Part shown: positions 18,978-28,553 of the stretch, in pieces | Position numbering within the stretch: the first letter of the stretch is position 1 | Layout of the letters: every line of letters begins with the position of its first letter | Assembly: GCA_946500695.1 (NCBI GenBank) | Contig: CAMMWS010000001.1 | Span: forward strand, 13,211 to 77,210 | Reading direction: 5' to 3' | DNA length: 64,000 nucleotides | Source: an uncultured Mycoplasmatota bacterium | Lineage (GTDB): Bacteria > Bacillota_I > Bacilli_A > RF39 > UBA660 | Notes under the pieces: model-generated | What the model was told of the DNA's origin: nothing | The model's database searches: none | Seen by the model: only the letters and a program-made list of their open reading frames with translations | Position numbers and translations under genes: made by a program

Positions 18978-19212
18978 AGCAAAGTTTAGCAGATTTTGAG
19001 GTTTAATATGTAGATACCATTTAAGATAAAGCCTTATAAATAAAGACTTTTTTGAGGTGCTTATTGCCTTAAATATAATAAGTATATTATATATAGCACC
19101 CACTCTTTAAGGAGTGGTGCTTATATATCTATAATTTAATTTTTACAATAAATAAAAAAATACAAAATAAGTATAGAGTATATAATACTTTACTTACAAT
19201 AGGAGGAAAAAT

Positions 19213-20040
19213 ATGTTAAGTATGGAAGAATATAAAAATTATATTGCTAATGAAAATAATGTAAAAAAAATACCAACCAATTTTAATAAATTAGATAGTA
19301 TATATGGTGGTGGCTTATCAAAAGGCTTAACTATTATTGGTGCTAATACAGGTTTAGGGAAAACAACTTTTGTTTTACAACTTGCCGATAATGTAGCACA
19401 ACAACACAACACAAAAGTTTTGTTCTTTTCTATGGAACTAACTAAATATGAGTTAGTATCAAAGTCTTTAAGCCGATTATCTTATTTAGATAACAATTTA
19501 ACTAATCATACACCTAACGACTTCATAAGTAATAGTGTTGATGATTTAGATATTTATTATAGCCATTATGAGCCAATAGGAAATAATGTTTATATAGTTG
19601 ATGATGTTAGAAATATTATGAAAATATCTAAAACTATTTACGATTTTTGTAATGAGTTTAAAAATGATAAAATTGTTGTTATTATTGACTATATACAATT
19701 TATAAAATGTAATGGTAGCAACGATAAACAAAATATTGATATTATTACACGAGAACTTAAAACTTTTGCTAATAATTACAATATACCTATTGTAGCAATT
19801 AGTAGTTTAAGTCGTGAGGGTGCTAAAAGAAATGACATATCATCATTTAAAGAAAGTGGTAGTATAGAATATACCGCCGATTATCTTATAATTATGTATC
19901 AAAAAGAAAATAATAGAGGTTTGGCTTTTACAGATGATACCGATACTATAACAGTTGAGTTTTTAAAAAATAGATTTGGAGTAAAAGGACAATTTGATTT
20001 AAAATATCTTGGCAACTATGCTACATTTAAGGAACTTTAA
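19213..20040 (+). CDS. DnaB C-terminal-domain-like / RecA-fold ATPase (replicative helicase-like)
   Basis: Walker A GANTGLGKTT, Walker B VVIIDYIQF, and DnaB-C-like layout. Confidence 0.55.
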   Translation: MLSMEEYKNYIANENNVKKIPTNFNKLDSIYGGGLSKGLTIIGANTGLGKTTFVLQLADNVAQQHNTKVLFFSMELTKYELVSKSLSRLSYLDNNLTNHTPNDFISNSVDDLDIYYSHYEPIGNNVYIVDDVRNIMKISKTIYDFCNEFKNDKIVVIIDYIQFIKCNGSNDKQNIDIITRELKTFANNYNIPIVAISSLSREGAKRNDISSFKESGSIEYTADYLIIMYQKENNRGLAFTDDTDTITVEFLKNRFGVKGQFDLKYLGNYATFKEL

Positions 20041-20140
20041 CAAGTTCTTTTTTATTTTGAAAAAAACAATGTCAGTTAATTTTGGGGCAACCTATTGCTT
20101 TTAAAAAAATAGTAGCAAAAATTACTTAAAATAGCCCCCA

Positions 20141-20347
20141 TTGAATATATTAGGAGGAAATATGAAAAATAGATTTTATACACTAACCGAAGTATGCGAT
20201 AGCCTACATATATCTATACCATACCTAAAAGGCTTAATTAAGAAAGGAAAGGTAAAAGCGATATTATCATCAAAAAATTACTTAATTAGTGAGTTTGAAT
20301 ATTTAAAACTCATTGAGGCTATGGAGGTTAAACACAATGAAGAATAA
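20141..20347 (+). CDS. HTH_17/excisionase-like DNA-binding protein
   Basis: FYTLTEVCDSLHISIPYLKGLIKKGKVKA helix-turn-helix. Confidence 0.5.
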   Translation: MNILGGNMKNRFYTLTEVCDSLHISIPYLKGLIKKGKVKAILSSKNYLISEFEYLKLIEAMEVKHNEE

Positions 20348-20645
20348 CAAAATAAGTATAGATTTAGATATTGAGGAATTATTAGGTTTAAAAGAACCAA
20401 ATAAGAAAACTCTTGAATATGACTTAAACTTTATTATAGATAATGGTATGGAAGAATATATCAAGCAACAAGAAGAACACGAACAAAAGAAAAAAGAGTT
20501 TATTTCATTATATAAAGAGTGCTATGATGAGTTATGTGAGTTTATGGAAAAAGACCCTAAACAAAGAGTTGCTATATCTTGTTTTACTTGTATTAAGGGT
20601 ATGGACTTACGAGATAAATATGGTAAGCCAAAAAGAAAGGAATAA
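20337..20645 (+). CDS. Hypothetical protein
   Basis: ATG at 20337 with a GGAGG RBS. ORF-track start is 20313. Confidence 0.3.
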   Translation: MKNNKISIDLDIEELLGLKEPNKKTLEYDLNFIIDNGMEEYIKQQEEHEQKKKEFISLYKECYDELCEFMEKDPKQRVAISCFTCIKGMDLRDKYGKPKRKE

Positions 20646-20654
20646 GTTAGTTGC

Positions 20655-20924
20655 TTATTCCTCTTTATTTTTTTGCTTATTTATAATATCGTTATATTTT
20701 TTTATTTGCTCTTTATTGTTTTTTTTAAAATCTTTAATAAAATCATTTTTCAATTCTTCAAAGTGAAGATACAAAAGTCCTCGTTCCTCATCAGTAGTTT
20801 TACTATCTTTTTGTAGGCTTTCTTCTAACATTTGTTTAACCATTATTAGTTCTATCATAGTATTATTCATTTGTTCGGTAATAATAAATCTTAAATTATT
20901 AAATCTTTCATCAATTTTTTCCAT
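20655..20924 (-). CDS. Hypothetical coiled-coil protein
   Basis: 89-aa charged helical protein. Confidence 0.3.
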   Translation of the reverse strand: MEKIDERFNNLRFIITEQMNNTMIELIMVKQMLEESLQKDSKTTDEERGLLYLHFEELKNDFIKDFKKNNKEQIKKYNDIINKQKNKEE

Positions 20925-21031
20925 TTTAAAACCTCATTTCTTATTTATCAGTATTTTAGTTGTTTTTATACAAACTCTTTTCTTATACCCTTAATTTTTA
21001 GCAATAAGCCAAAAAAGAGATGTAAAAACCA

Positions 21032-21126
21032 TTTGCCATAATATTCGCCATAATATATGTAATTTTATAATACTTTGTGATATTAGGTAATACTTAACTT
21101 TTTTTGCAAAAAAATCATTTGCCATA
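21032..21126 (+). repeat. Arm-type repeats TTTGCCATA (21032), TTCGCCATA (21044), TTTGCCATA (21118) inside the right end of the element
   Basis: Same 9-mer as at 12622-12642, in the same orientation. Confidence 0.4.
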
Positions 21127-21187
21127 AAAAAGGTATAAAAAAAGTCTTAACTTCCATAAAAGGAAATCAAGACTTTTACTTTTAAAA

Positions 21188-21278
21188 TGGCGGAGTGAGA
21201 GGGATTTGAACCCTCGCAACGCTTACACGTTCTACATCCTTAGCAGGGACGCCTCTTCAGCCTCTTGAGTATCACTCC
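21188..21278 (-). tRNA. tRNA-Ser(GCT); integration target (attR side)
   Basis: Reverse complement GGAGTGATACTCAAGAGGCTGAAGAGGCGTCCCTGCTAAGGATGTAGAACGTGTAAGCGTTGCGAGGGTTCAAATCCCTCTCACTCCGCCA. Long variable arm and anticodon loop CTGCTAA. Confidence 0.85.
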
Positions 21279-21306
21279 ATATAAACTCATTTAGCCATTG
21301 AAACTC

Positions 21307-21347
21307 CCTTAGCAGGGGCGCCTCTTCAGCCTCTTGAGTACTACTCC
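21307..21347 (-). pseudogene. Duplicated 5' half of tRNA-Ser(GCT) (acceptor 5' strand, D-arm, anticodon arm) without a 3' half
   Basis: Reverse complement GGAGTAGTACTCAAGAGGCTGAAGAGGCGCCCCTGCTAAGGGAG is about 90% identical to the first 44 nt of the intact tRNA-Ser, which lies 28 nt downstream on the same strand. Confidence 0.6.
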
Positions 21348-21387
21348 AAAACGCATAAAATAATAATATATTTGTCATAAGACACTT

Positions 21388-21416
21388 ATAATATTACCCT
21401 AAAGAAATATAAATGT
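21388..21416 (-). promoter_or_regulatory. Strong sigma-A-like promoter TTGACA-17-TAATAT upstream of the half-tRNA and tRNA-Ser
   Basis: Consensus -35 and near-consensus -10 on the minus strand. An intrinsic terminator (GTTCCTCGTGAAAGGGGAGC plus T-run) for the upstream tRNA-Ile-Asn-Glu transcript lies at about 21425-21455. Confidence 0.45.
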
Positions 21417-21469
21417 CAAGAAAAAATAAAAGAAAAGCTCCCCTTTCACGAGGAACTTAAAACTCTTTT

Positions 21470-21546
21470 TGGTGACCAGTACGGAATTCGAATCCGTGAA
21501 TGCTACCGTGAAAGGGTAGTGTGTTAAGCCGCTTCACCAACTGGCC
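21470..21546 (-). tRNA. tRNA-Glu(TTC)
   Basis: Anticodon loop CTTTCAC, acceptor GGCCAGT/ACTGGTC, CCA encoded. Confidence 0.8.
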
Positions 21547-21593
21547 ATATGTAGATTAATGTCTTTTTCTTAACATAAAAAAACAAAAATAAA

Positions 21594-21670
21594 TGGCGCC
21601 TCAACTAGGACTTGAACCTAGGACCCCTTGATTAACAGTCAAGTGCTCTAACCAACTGAGCTATTGAGGC
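21594..21670 (-). tRNA. tRNA-Asn(GTT)
   Basis: Anticodon loop CTGTTAA, CCA encoded. Confidence 0.85.
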
Positions 21671-21684
21671 ATTATCTAATTATA

Positions 21685-21761
21685 TGGTGGGCCTGACAGG
21701 ACTTGAACCTGTGACCCCTTGCTTATCAAGCAAGTGCTCTAACCGACTGAGCTACAGGCCC
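21685..21761 (-). tRNA. tRNA-Ile(GAT)
   Basis: Anticodon loop TTGATAA, acceptor GGGCCTG, CCA encoded. Confidence 0.85.
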
Positions 21762-21937
21762 GAATTGATAACACAAATACATTCTACACTAATATAGAAA
21801 TAAATGCAAGTCTTTTTTTGCTTTTTCTTTAAGCAATATTAGAATAGCAAATAACTTTTATTAAATCAAGTGTTTTTTTGAAAAATTTCATATAAATTTC
21901 ACAAATACTAGATAGATTATTAACTAGGAGGATAAAA

Positions 21938-23590
21938 ATGAAAAAAATAGGACAATTTTTTAAGAAACATTGGAAGAAGCTTTTACTAACTATCATTATT
22001 ATAGCCATAATTGCAGGAATTATTTATCTAAGTTTTAGAGCCTATGATAAATACCGTGAAAATCTATTAACAGACCCCGTTTGGATAAGAGAAAATGTTA
22101 ATCTAAAAGAAAATGATGAAGGAGTTTATGAAGTAGAAAAAGATGAAGATATTTCTATATTTAGTGAAGATTATCAAAATATAATTGAAGAGAAAATTGA
22201 TGCCTTAAAAGATAAAGCTGATTATACATTAGAAAATCCTTTACTAATTTATAATCCATATGGAACTGGCTCACTTTCTTATTACTTATATTATACTGAC
22301 AGTGATGAAGATTTAGACTATAAAATTGAAACAGAAGGATATAGTGACTTTGAAAAAGAAATATCAAATAAAGATAGTAATGAATATCAACTAATCGGTT
22401 TTGTTCCAGGAGAAACTAATACTTTAACATTAAAAAGTGGTAATAAAGAACATGAATTTACTATTACAACTCCAAAATCTAAAGCTTTAATAGAAAATAA
22501 ATTAGAAGTAAAAAATGGAGATAGTAAAGAAGAATTAACAGAAGGTTTATATGCTGTTTTAGGACATGATAAAAACTATAACTCTAATATTTATTTATAT
22601 GATAATGAAGGTGTATTAAGAGAGGAATTTGTTTTAGATAGTTATAGAGCAGATCGTATTATCTTTGATGGTGATTATATGTATTATGCTTATAATAAGA
22701 AAGGTATAATTAAAGTAAATGATTTAGGTAAAATAGAAGAATTTTATAATTTAGGTAATTATACAATGCATCATGATATGGTTTATGATGAAGATAATAA
22801 GCGTTTTGTAATATTAGTTAATGAAGATGATACTGATACTATTGAAGATATTGTTATCACAGTAGATTTAGATACTAAAGAAGTTAAAAAGATAATAGAT
22901 ATGAAAGACTTATTACCAGAGTTTTACTTAAATGCTATTAAACCAGAAGGTAAAAATACTTATGGTGGATATGAACTTGATTGGATTCACTTAAATAGCT
23001 TATCTCTAATAGGAGATGATATCGTCTTAAGTTCAAGAGAGTTAAGTACAATAATTTATATTAGTAATGCTTATACTAATCCTAGTGTTAAATACTTATT
23101 AACAGATGAATCAGTAACAGAAGATACATCATATAGTGATTTACTATATGAAAAAGTAGAAGATTTCACTTCACAAGCAGGACAACATAGTATTACTTAT
23201 TATAAAGATGATGCTCTTGATGATGGAGAATATTACTTATATATGTTTAACAACAATTACAAAGGTGCTAGAACAAGACCTAACTTTGATTGGTCTAATT
23301 ATCCTGGTACAGGTACTTATAATGAAGGTGAAACATCATACTTCTATCAATATAAAGTTAATGAAAATGATAAGACTTATGAATTAGTTAAGAGTTTTGA
23401 AATACCTTACTCAAGCATAGTAAGTGATGTTGAGATACTAGATGGTGGAAACATTGTCGTTGGTAGTGGTAAAGATAACTCATATGGTGAATATGATAAT
23501 GATGGTAATTTAATTAGACAATTTAATTACAACTCTAAGAAATATGCTTATCGTGTCTTTAAATATGAATTTAATAACTTATTTGATTAA
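21938..23590 (+). CDS. Membrane-anchored arylsulfotransferase (ASST)-like beta-propeller protein
   Basis: N-terminal TM segment. The D-W-I-H-L-N-S segment and overall composition resemble the ASST family. Confidence 0.45.
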   Translation: MKKIGQFFKKHWKKLLLTIIIIAIIAGIIYLSFRAYDKYRENLLTDPVWIRENVNLKENDEGVYEVEKDEDISIFSEDYQNIIEEKIDALKDKADYTLENPLLIYNPYGTGSLSYYLYYTDSDEDLDYKIETEGYSDFEKEISNKDSNEYQLIGFVPGETNTLTLKSGNKEHEFTITTPKSKALIENKLEVKNGDSKEELTEGLYAVLGHDKNYNSNIYLYDNEGVLREEFVLDSYRADRIIFDGDYMYYAYNKKGIIKVNDLGKIEEFYNLGNYTMHHDMVYDEDNKRFVILVNEDDTDTIEDIVITVDLDTKEVKKIIDMKDLLPEFYLNAIKPEGKNTYGGYELDWIHLNSLSLIGDDIVLSSRELSTIIYISNAYTNPSVKYLLTDESVTEDTSYSDLLYEKVEDFTSQAGQHSITYYKDDALDDGEYYLYMFNNNYKGARTRPNFDWSNYPGTGTYNEGETSYFYQYKVNENDKTYELVKSFEIPYSSIVSDVEILDGGNIVVGSGKDNSYGEYDNDGNLIRQFNYNSKKYAYRVFKYEFNNLFD

Positions 23591-23660
23591 AGTCTAGTAA
23601 TAGACTTTTTTCTTTTTATCTGATAAAATATTACCGTATTTTGAAGGAAGTGTGATATTA

Positions 23661-24512
23661 ATGAAAGGAAAAGTTTTAGAAAAAGGAGAACTATTAGAAA
23701 CATTATTTATTTTATTTAAAGACTTAAGTAAGAAAAAAATAAAGAATTATCTAAAAGATGGAGGAGTCCTAGTTAATGGTAAAGTTGTAACAAAGTATAA
23801 TATGATTGTTAATAAAAATGATGTTATTGAACTTAGTAAGATTAATAAAACTCATAAGAAAAGTAATCTTGATATCATCTATGAAGATGAATACTTTTTA
23901 GTAATAAATAAACCTGCTGGACTTTTATCTATCAGTACTACTAAAGAAAAAGAAAAGACCGCCTATCACTTAGTTAGAGAGTTTATTAAAAATAGAAAGA
24001 AGTCTGATAAGATTTTTGTACTACATCGCCTTGATAAAGATACATCAGGAGTCTTAGTCTTTGTAAAAGATAATACTCTAAAAAATATCTTACAAAATAA
24101 TTGGGATAAATATGTTAAAACAAGAGAATATGTCGCTTTAGTAACAGGTAATGTAAAAGATGTGGATGACTATACTTGTTACTTAAAAGAAATAGGACCT
24201 GATAAAGTTATTGTTACTAATAAAAAAGATGGTAAAATTGCCGTTACTTCCCTTAAGACAATTAATAAAAATAATAAATACAGTCTTGTTAAAGTTAATA
24301 TCAGAACAGGAAGACGTAATCAGATAAGAGTAGTCTTAAATCATTTAGGATGTCCTATATTAGGAGATAAGAAGTATGGAGGTATTAAATCTAATAGACT
24401 ATATTTACACGCTAGTAAACTAATTATAACTAATCCACTTAATAATAAAACTTATACATTTGAAAGTAGTGTACCTACATCATTTAAGAAGGTGTTTAAA
24501 GATGAAAAGTAA
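23661..24512 (+). CDS. RluA-family pseudouridine synthase with S4 domain
   Basis: HRLDKDTSGVLVF catalytic motif and N-terminal S4-like region. Confidence 0.8.
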   Translation: MKGKVLEKGELLETLFILFKDLSKKKIKNYLKDGGVLVNGKVVTKYNMIVNKNDVIELSKINKTHKKSNLDIIYEDEYFLVINKPAGLLSISTTKEKEKTAYHLVREFIKNRKKSDKIFVLHRLDKDTSGVLVFVKDNTLKNILQNNWDKYVKTREYVALVTGNVKDVDDYTCYLKEIGPDKVIVTNKKDGKIAVTSLKTINKNNKYSLVKVNIRTGRRNQIRVVLNHLGCPILGDKKYGGIKSNRLYLHASKLIITNPLNNKTYTFESSVPTSFKKVFKDEK

Positions 24513-25317
24513 AAACCAAGTAGAACATAGTCTTATAACAAAATATCGTAAAGATATCTGGCGTAAATTTATGAAAGCGGTTAGAGACTATGAACTAGTT
24601 AAAGATAATGACCATATCGCTGTTTGTATTTCTGGTGGGAAAGATTCGGTTTTACTTGCGAAATGTCTAGAAGAATTACAGAAACATGGTAAGACTAACT
24701 TTAAACTTTCATATATCATTATGAACCCAGGATATAAAGAAGAGACTTTACAAGTAATAAAAGATAATTTAGAAACCTTAGGTATTGACTATAAAATATT
24801 TAACTCTGATATCTTTGAAGTCGCTAACAAACTAGATAAAGAGCATCCTTGCTATATGTGTGCAAGAATGAGAAGAGGTTTTCTTTATAAAACTGCCAAA
24901 GATTTAGGCTGTAATAAAATTGCCTTAGGACATCACTTTGATGATGTAATTGAAACAATACTACTATCAATGTTTTATGGTGGAGAATTTAAAACAATGT
25001 TACCAAAATTACACAGTACTAATTTTCCTGGTATGGAACTAATTAGACCACTTTATTTAGTAAGAGAAGAATCTATAAAAAAGTTTTGGCAATATAATGA
25101 ATATACCTTTATAAACTGTGCTTGTAAATTTACAGAAAATAAAAATATTGAGAATAATTCTAAACGTTTAGAAATAAAAAAACTATTAGAAAACCTTAGA
25201 GAAAAAAGTGATGTTATTGATAATAATATCTTTAAAAGTACCGAGAAAGTTAATTTAGAAACACTTTTAAGTTATCAAGACAAAGGGGAAGAAATAAGTT
25301 TTTTAGACCGTTACTAG
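24502..25317 (+). CDS. ttcA: TtcA-like PP-loop ATPase (tRNA 2-thiocytidine synthetase family)
   Basis: SGGKDS PP-loop and cysteine pairs CYMCARM. ORF-track start 24460 overlaps the upstream gene, and ATG at 24502 has an RBS. Confidence 0.65.
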   Translation: MKSKNQVEHSLITKYRKDIWRKFMKAVRDYELVKDNDHIAVCISGGKDSVLLAKCLEELQKHGKTNFKLSYIIMNPGYKEETLQVIKDNLETLGIDYKIFNSDIFEVANKLDKEHPCYMCARMRRGFLYKTAKDLGCNKIALGHHFDDVIETILLSMFYGGEFKTMLPKLHSTNFPGMELIRPLYLVREESIKKFWQYNEYTFINCACKFTENKNIENNSKRLEIKKLLENLREKSDVIDNNIFKSTEKVNLETLLSYQDKGEEISFLDRY

Positions 25318-25453
25318 GTCTTTTTCTTTGCAAAATTTATGAACCTAAAAAAGTTTAGAAAAATATTGGCTTTCTTTTTATAATCAAGTATATTCTATAT
25401 GAAGGGTAGGCTTGTTTAAAGTTAGAGCTTATCTTGAGGAAAGGAGGGAAGAA

Positions 25454-26290
25454 GTGGTGAGAAATGTAAAAAAAATATTAGGTATGGCTATGGTTAGTTT
25501 ATTCGCTTTCGTTCCATTTTTAAATGTTTCTGCTCAAACAGAGTGGACTTTAGAAGATTGGGAAACAGAAAATGGTGATTATGGTAGTGTAACTGCAGTT
25601 GATGATAACATCACTAATATTAAAGGTAGCGGTTATGAAAATGAACCAGGAATGTCCTATGGACCATATAGTATGAAAAGTGATGCGAAATTAGCAGATG
25701 GTATTACAGAAGATGTATATATCGAACTAAATAAAGATAATATGACTCATGGGGAATTATTTGCATTAACTATGTCATTAAATGATGAAAGTGATAGTTA
25801 TGTTACAGAATTACTTGTACAAACCCAAAAAGTTAATGATGATTATCTTGTAACTGTAGGACTAGACCCTAATTTTAGTGCTACTATCTCTGAAGATGGA
25901 GTGTATACTTATAGATATACTGCTACTTTAGAAGATGGTAAAACTTATCTTCAATTTTCAATATTAAAATGGGATGAAGTAATCGCTTCAACTACTAAAA
26001 TTGATATGGGAGAAACAAATGCTGTAAGTGCAGGATATATGTGGTTTGGTAGTATAACTGCTGCAAATGGTATTAATGTTTATACAACATTACCAGAAAA
26101 ACCAACAGAAGAAATTCCTGTTGAACCAGTAGAACCAACTGAACCTGGTGATGAAACTACAACATCTGATAGTACAGTAGAAGAACAAAATCCAGAAACA
26201 TCTGATAGTATAGTTTTAACTGTTGGTATGTTAGTAACATCACTTACATTAGTAGGCTTTGGCATTAGAGCAATTAAAAAAAGAGCTTAG
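25454..26290 (+). CDS. Secreted protein with C-terminal membrane anchor, unknown function
   Basis: Signal peptide, Pro/Glu/Thr-rich linker, C-terminal hydrophobic segment and KKRA tail. GTG start after AAGGAGGG. ORF-track start is 25412. Confidence 0.4.
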   Translation: MVRNVKKILGMAMVSLFAFVPFLNVSAQTEWTLEDWETENGDYGSVTAVDDNITNIKGSGYENEPGMSYGPYSMKSDAKLADGITEDVYIELNKDNMTHGELFALTMSLNDESDSYVTELLVQTQKVNDDYLVTVGLDPNFSATISEDGVYTYRYTATLEDGKTYLQFSILKWDEVIASTTKIDMGETNAVSAGYMWFGSITAANGINVYTTLPEKPTEEIPVEPVEPTEPGDETTTSDSTVEEQNPETSDSIVLTVGMLVTSLTLVGFGIRAIKKRA

Positions 26291-26335
26291 TGTAAGTAAG
26301 CTCCAAAATAGTGTATTAGGCAATTAGATAAAATT

Positions 26336-26593
26336 CTAATTGTCTTTTTTCTTCATATCAACTCTTAGCGGTAATCCCATATCTTTAGGCTTTAAGAATA
26401 ATTTATATGGTTCAACATCTAATATTTTAGATAACTCTTCAATAACATCAAAGCTAGCCGAATGCTGCCCACGTTCTACTCTACTTATATAATTAGTAGA
26501 TACATCTAAAAGTTCAGCCAGTTTTGCTTGTGTATATTTTTTCTTAAATCTATAATATCTGACATTTTGACCAAAAGTTTTTTTAAGTTCCAT
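26336..26593 (-). CDS. XRE-family HTH transcriptional regulator
   Basis: TQAKLAELLDVSTNYISRVERGQ helix-turn-helix. Confidence 0.7.
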   Translation of the reverse strand: MELKKTFGQNVRYYRFKKKYTQAKLAELLDVSTNYISRVERGQHSASFDVIEELSKILDVEPYKLFLKPKDMGLPLRVDMKKKDN

Positions 26594-26725
26594 AGCATCA
26601 CCGCCTAATCCCTACACTTAATATGATACTTTTTTTCTTTTCTATACTAAACAACTTTTAAGGTTTATAAAAAATATGTATAAAAAAAAGTTTATTTAAT
26701 CATTACTAATTTAGGAGATGATTAA

Positions 26726-27520
26726 ATGTTTAGTAATTTCAATAAATCAAATAACAAAGTTTTAATTAGTGGGATTTCAACTTCTGACCTAAAAGTATTA
26801 ACTAGCGAAGAAATGACAGATTTATTTAAAAAAATGAAAAATGGTGATTCATTTGCAAGAAATGATCTCATTAATGGAAACTTAAAACTGGTTTTAAGTA
26901 TTCTAAGAAAAGTTAATAGTAAAAATGAAAATTTAGATGATTTGTTTCAAGTCGGTTGTATAGGATTAGTTAAAGCTATTGATAATTTTGATTTATCACA
27001 TGAAGTTAAATTTTCAACATATGCCGTACCAATGATTTTAGGAGAAATAAAAAGGTATTTGCGAGATAACAATAGTATTAGAGTAAGCAGATCAACAAGA
27101 GATTTAGCATACAAAACTTTACGATTAAAAGAAGACTATTTTAAAGAAAAAGGAGAAGAGTTAGATATAGATAAAATAGCAACTGAATTAGGAGTGACAA
27201 ATTATGATATTGTATTTGCTTTAGAATCACTAAAAGATCCTATATCTATGTTTGAACCTATTTATAATGATGGAGGAGATACTATATATGTTTATGACCA
27301 AATAGAAGATAAAAAGAAAACAGGAAGTGCTATAGAAGAACATCTTGCAACAACAGATGCGGTACAAGCTTTAAACGATAGAGAACAACATATTTTAAAT
27401 GAACGTTATATTATAGGTAAAACTCAAATGGAAATCGCTAAAGATATGGATATAAGCCAGGCTCAAGTATCAAGGTTAGAAAAAAATGCTATTAAACAAT
27501 TAAAGAAGACTTTAAGATAA
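26726..27520 (+). CDS. sigG: Sporulation sigma factor SigG
   Basis: Near-identical blocks to Bacillus subtilis SigG: DDLFQVGCIGL, FSTYAVPMILGEIKRYLRDN and SMFEPIYNDGGDTIYV. Confidence 0.8.
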   Translation: MFSNFNKSNNKVLISGISTSDLKVLTSEEMTDLFKKMKNGDSFARNDLINGNLKLVLSILRKVNSKNENLDDLFQVGCIGLVKAIDNFDLSHEVKFSTYAVPMILGEIKRYLRDNNSIRVSRSTRDLAYKTLRLKEDYFKEKGEELDIDKIATELGVTNYDIVFALESLKDPISMFEPIYNDGGDTIYVYDQIEDKKKTGSAIEEHLATTDAVQALNDREQHILNERYIIGKTQMEIAKDMDISQAQVSRLEKNAIKQLKKTLR

Positions 27521-27571
27521 GAATAATTAATAAAATTTTACATATTTTTTTAGTAGTAGGGCTGTGATATT

Positions 27572-27802
27572 ATGAGACTTTCTGATTTACAAAGTAAAGA
27601 TATCGTTAATGTTATAGATGGTAGAAATATAGGTAATATTATAGATGTTAAAGTAGATGAGAGAAATGGAGCTATTATTAGTTTAATAGTAGAGCCTAAA
27701 GGTAAATTTATTTCTTTTGGTAAAGGAGAAGATACAGAAATTAGATGGCAAAGTATTGAGAGAATTGGTGAAGATGTAATACTAGTAAGATTAGGTAACT
27801 AA
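27572..27802 (+). CDS. YlmC/YmxH-family sporulation protein (PRC barrel)
   Basis: MRLSDLQSKDIVNVIDGRNIGNI signature. Confidence 0.7.
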   Translation: MRLSDLQSKDIVNVIDGRNIGNIIDVKVDERNGAIISLIVEPKGKFISFGKGEDTEIRWQSIERIGEDVILVRLGN

Positions 27803-27804
27803 CT

Positions 27805-28524
27805 ATGAATAAAAAGAAAATATATCTCTTCTTTAGTCTACTAATATTATCTTTCTTTACATCTTTATTTCTCACTTCTCTAGCAGGTAGAGGATTAGAA
27901 AAGGTTATCATCAATTATGCCACAGTAGAAACAGAAAGAATTGCCAATGTTATACTAAATGATGTTGCTTTTATAGATGAAGAGTATTTAGATAATGATC
28001 TTTTCGAAATAAGTAGAGATAATGATGGTAATATAGAACTTATTAATTTTGATACTAAAGTAACTAATAAATTATTAAAAGAAATAAATGAAAAAGCTAT
28101 GAAACGACTAAGTGCCATAGAAAAAGGAGATACAACTGACATAGAGTTATCAGATTCCTTAAAAGGAACAAGACTAACCTTTTTAGATGATGGGATAGTT
28201 TGTGATATACCAATAGGTTCTTTATTCCATAATGGATTAATTGTTAATTTAACAACAAGCATCCCTATTAGATTCTCGTTTATCGGTACAGTTTCAAGTA
28301 ATATTGTAACAGACGTTAAAGAGTATGGCTTCAATAATGCTTTAATCGAAGTAGGAATAGAAGTAACTATTAAAGAAAAAATAACTATGCCTCACTCAAC
28401 AGAAAGTATTCCTATCACTACCAAAGTAAATCTTACTACTCAAATAATTCAAGGTGCTATACCAAACTATTACAATGGTTCTTTTACAGCTTCCTCACAA
28501 GTTTTTGCAACTAAAATTAAATAA
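27805..28524 (+). CDS. yunB: Sporulation protein YunB-like
   Basis: N-terminal TM segment plus the conserved KVIINYATVETERIANVILNDV region. Confidence 0.55.
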   Translation: MNKKKIYLFFSLLILSFFTSLFLTSLAGRGLEKVIINYATVETERIANVILNDVAFIDEEYLDNDLFEISRDNDGNIELINFDTKVTNKLLKEINEKAMKRLSAIEKGDTTDIELSDSLKGTRLTFLDDGIVCDIPIGSLFHNGLIVNLTTSIPIRFSFIGTVSSNIVTDVKEYGFNNALIEVGIEVTIKEKITMPHSTESIPITTKVNLTTQIIQGAIPNYYNGSFTASSQVFATKIK

Positions 28525-28553
28525 TGTGCTACAATAAGTAGTAGGTGATAGCA

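Larger units (their letters stand above)
12444..21196. mobile_element. ~8.75 kb integrative element (prophage remnant / satellite / PICI-like) inserted at the 3' end of tRNA-Ser(GCT)
   Basis: An 11-bp direct repeat AATGGCGGAGT sits at 12444-12454 and 21186-21196. The element carries a tyrosine integrase, three Xis-like HTH genes, an XRE repressor, a Rep/DnaB-like replication module and TTYGCCATA arm-type repeats at both ends. It has no capsid or terminase genes. Confidence 0.7.

Noticed and set aside
20443-20766. ORF 20443..20766 (+)
   Set aside because: Alternative frame overlapping both the 20337..20645 ORF and the 20655..20924 minus-strand ORF. Low-complexity translation.
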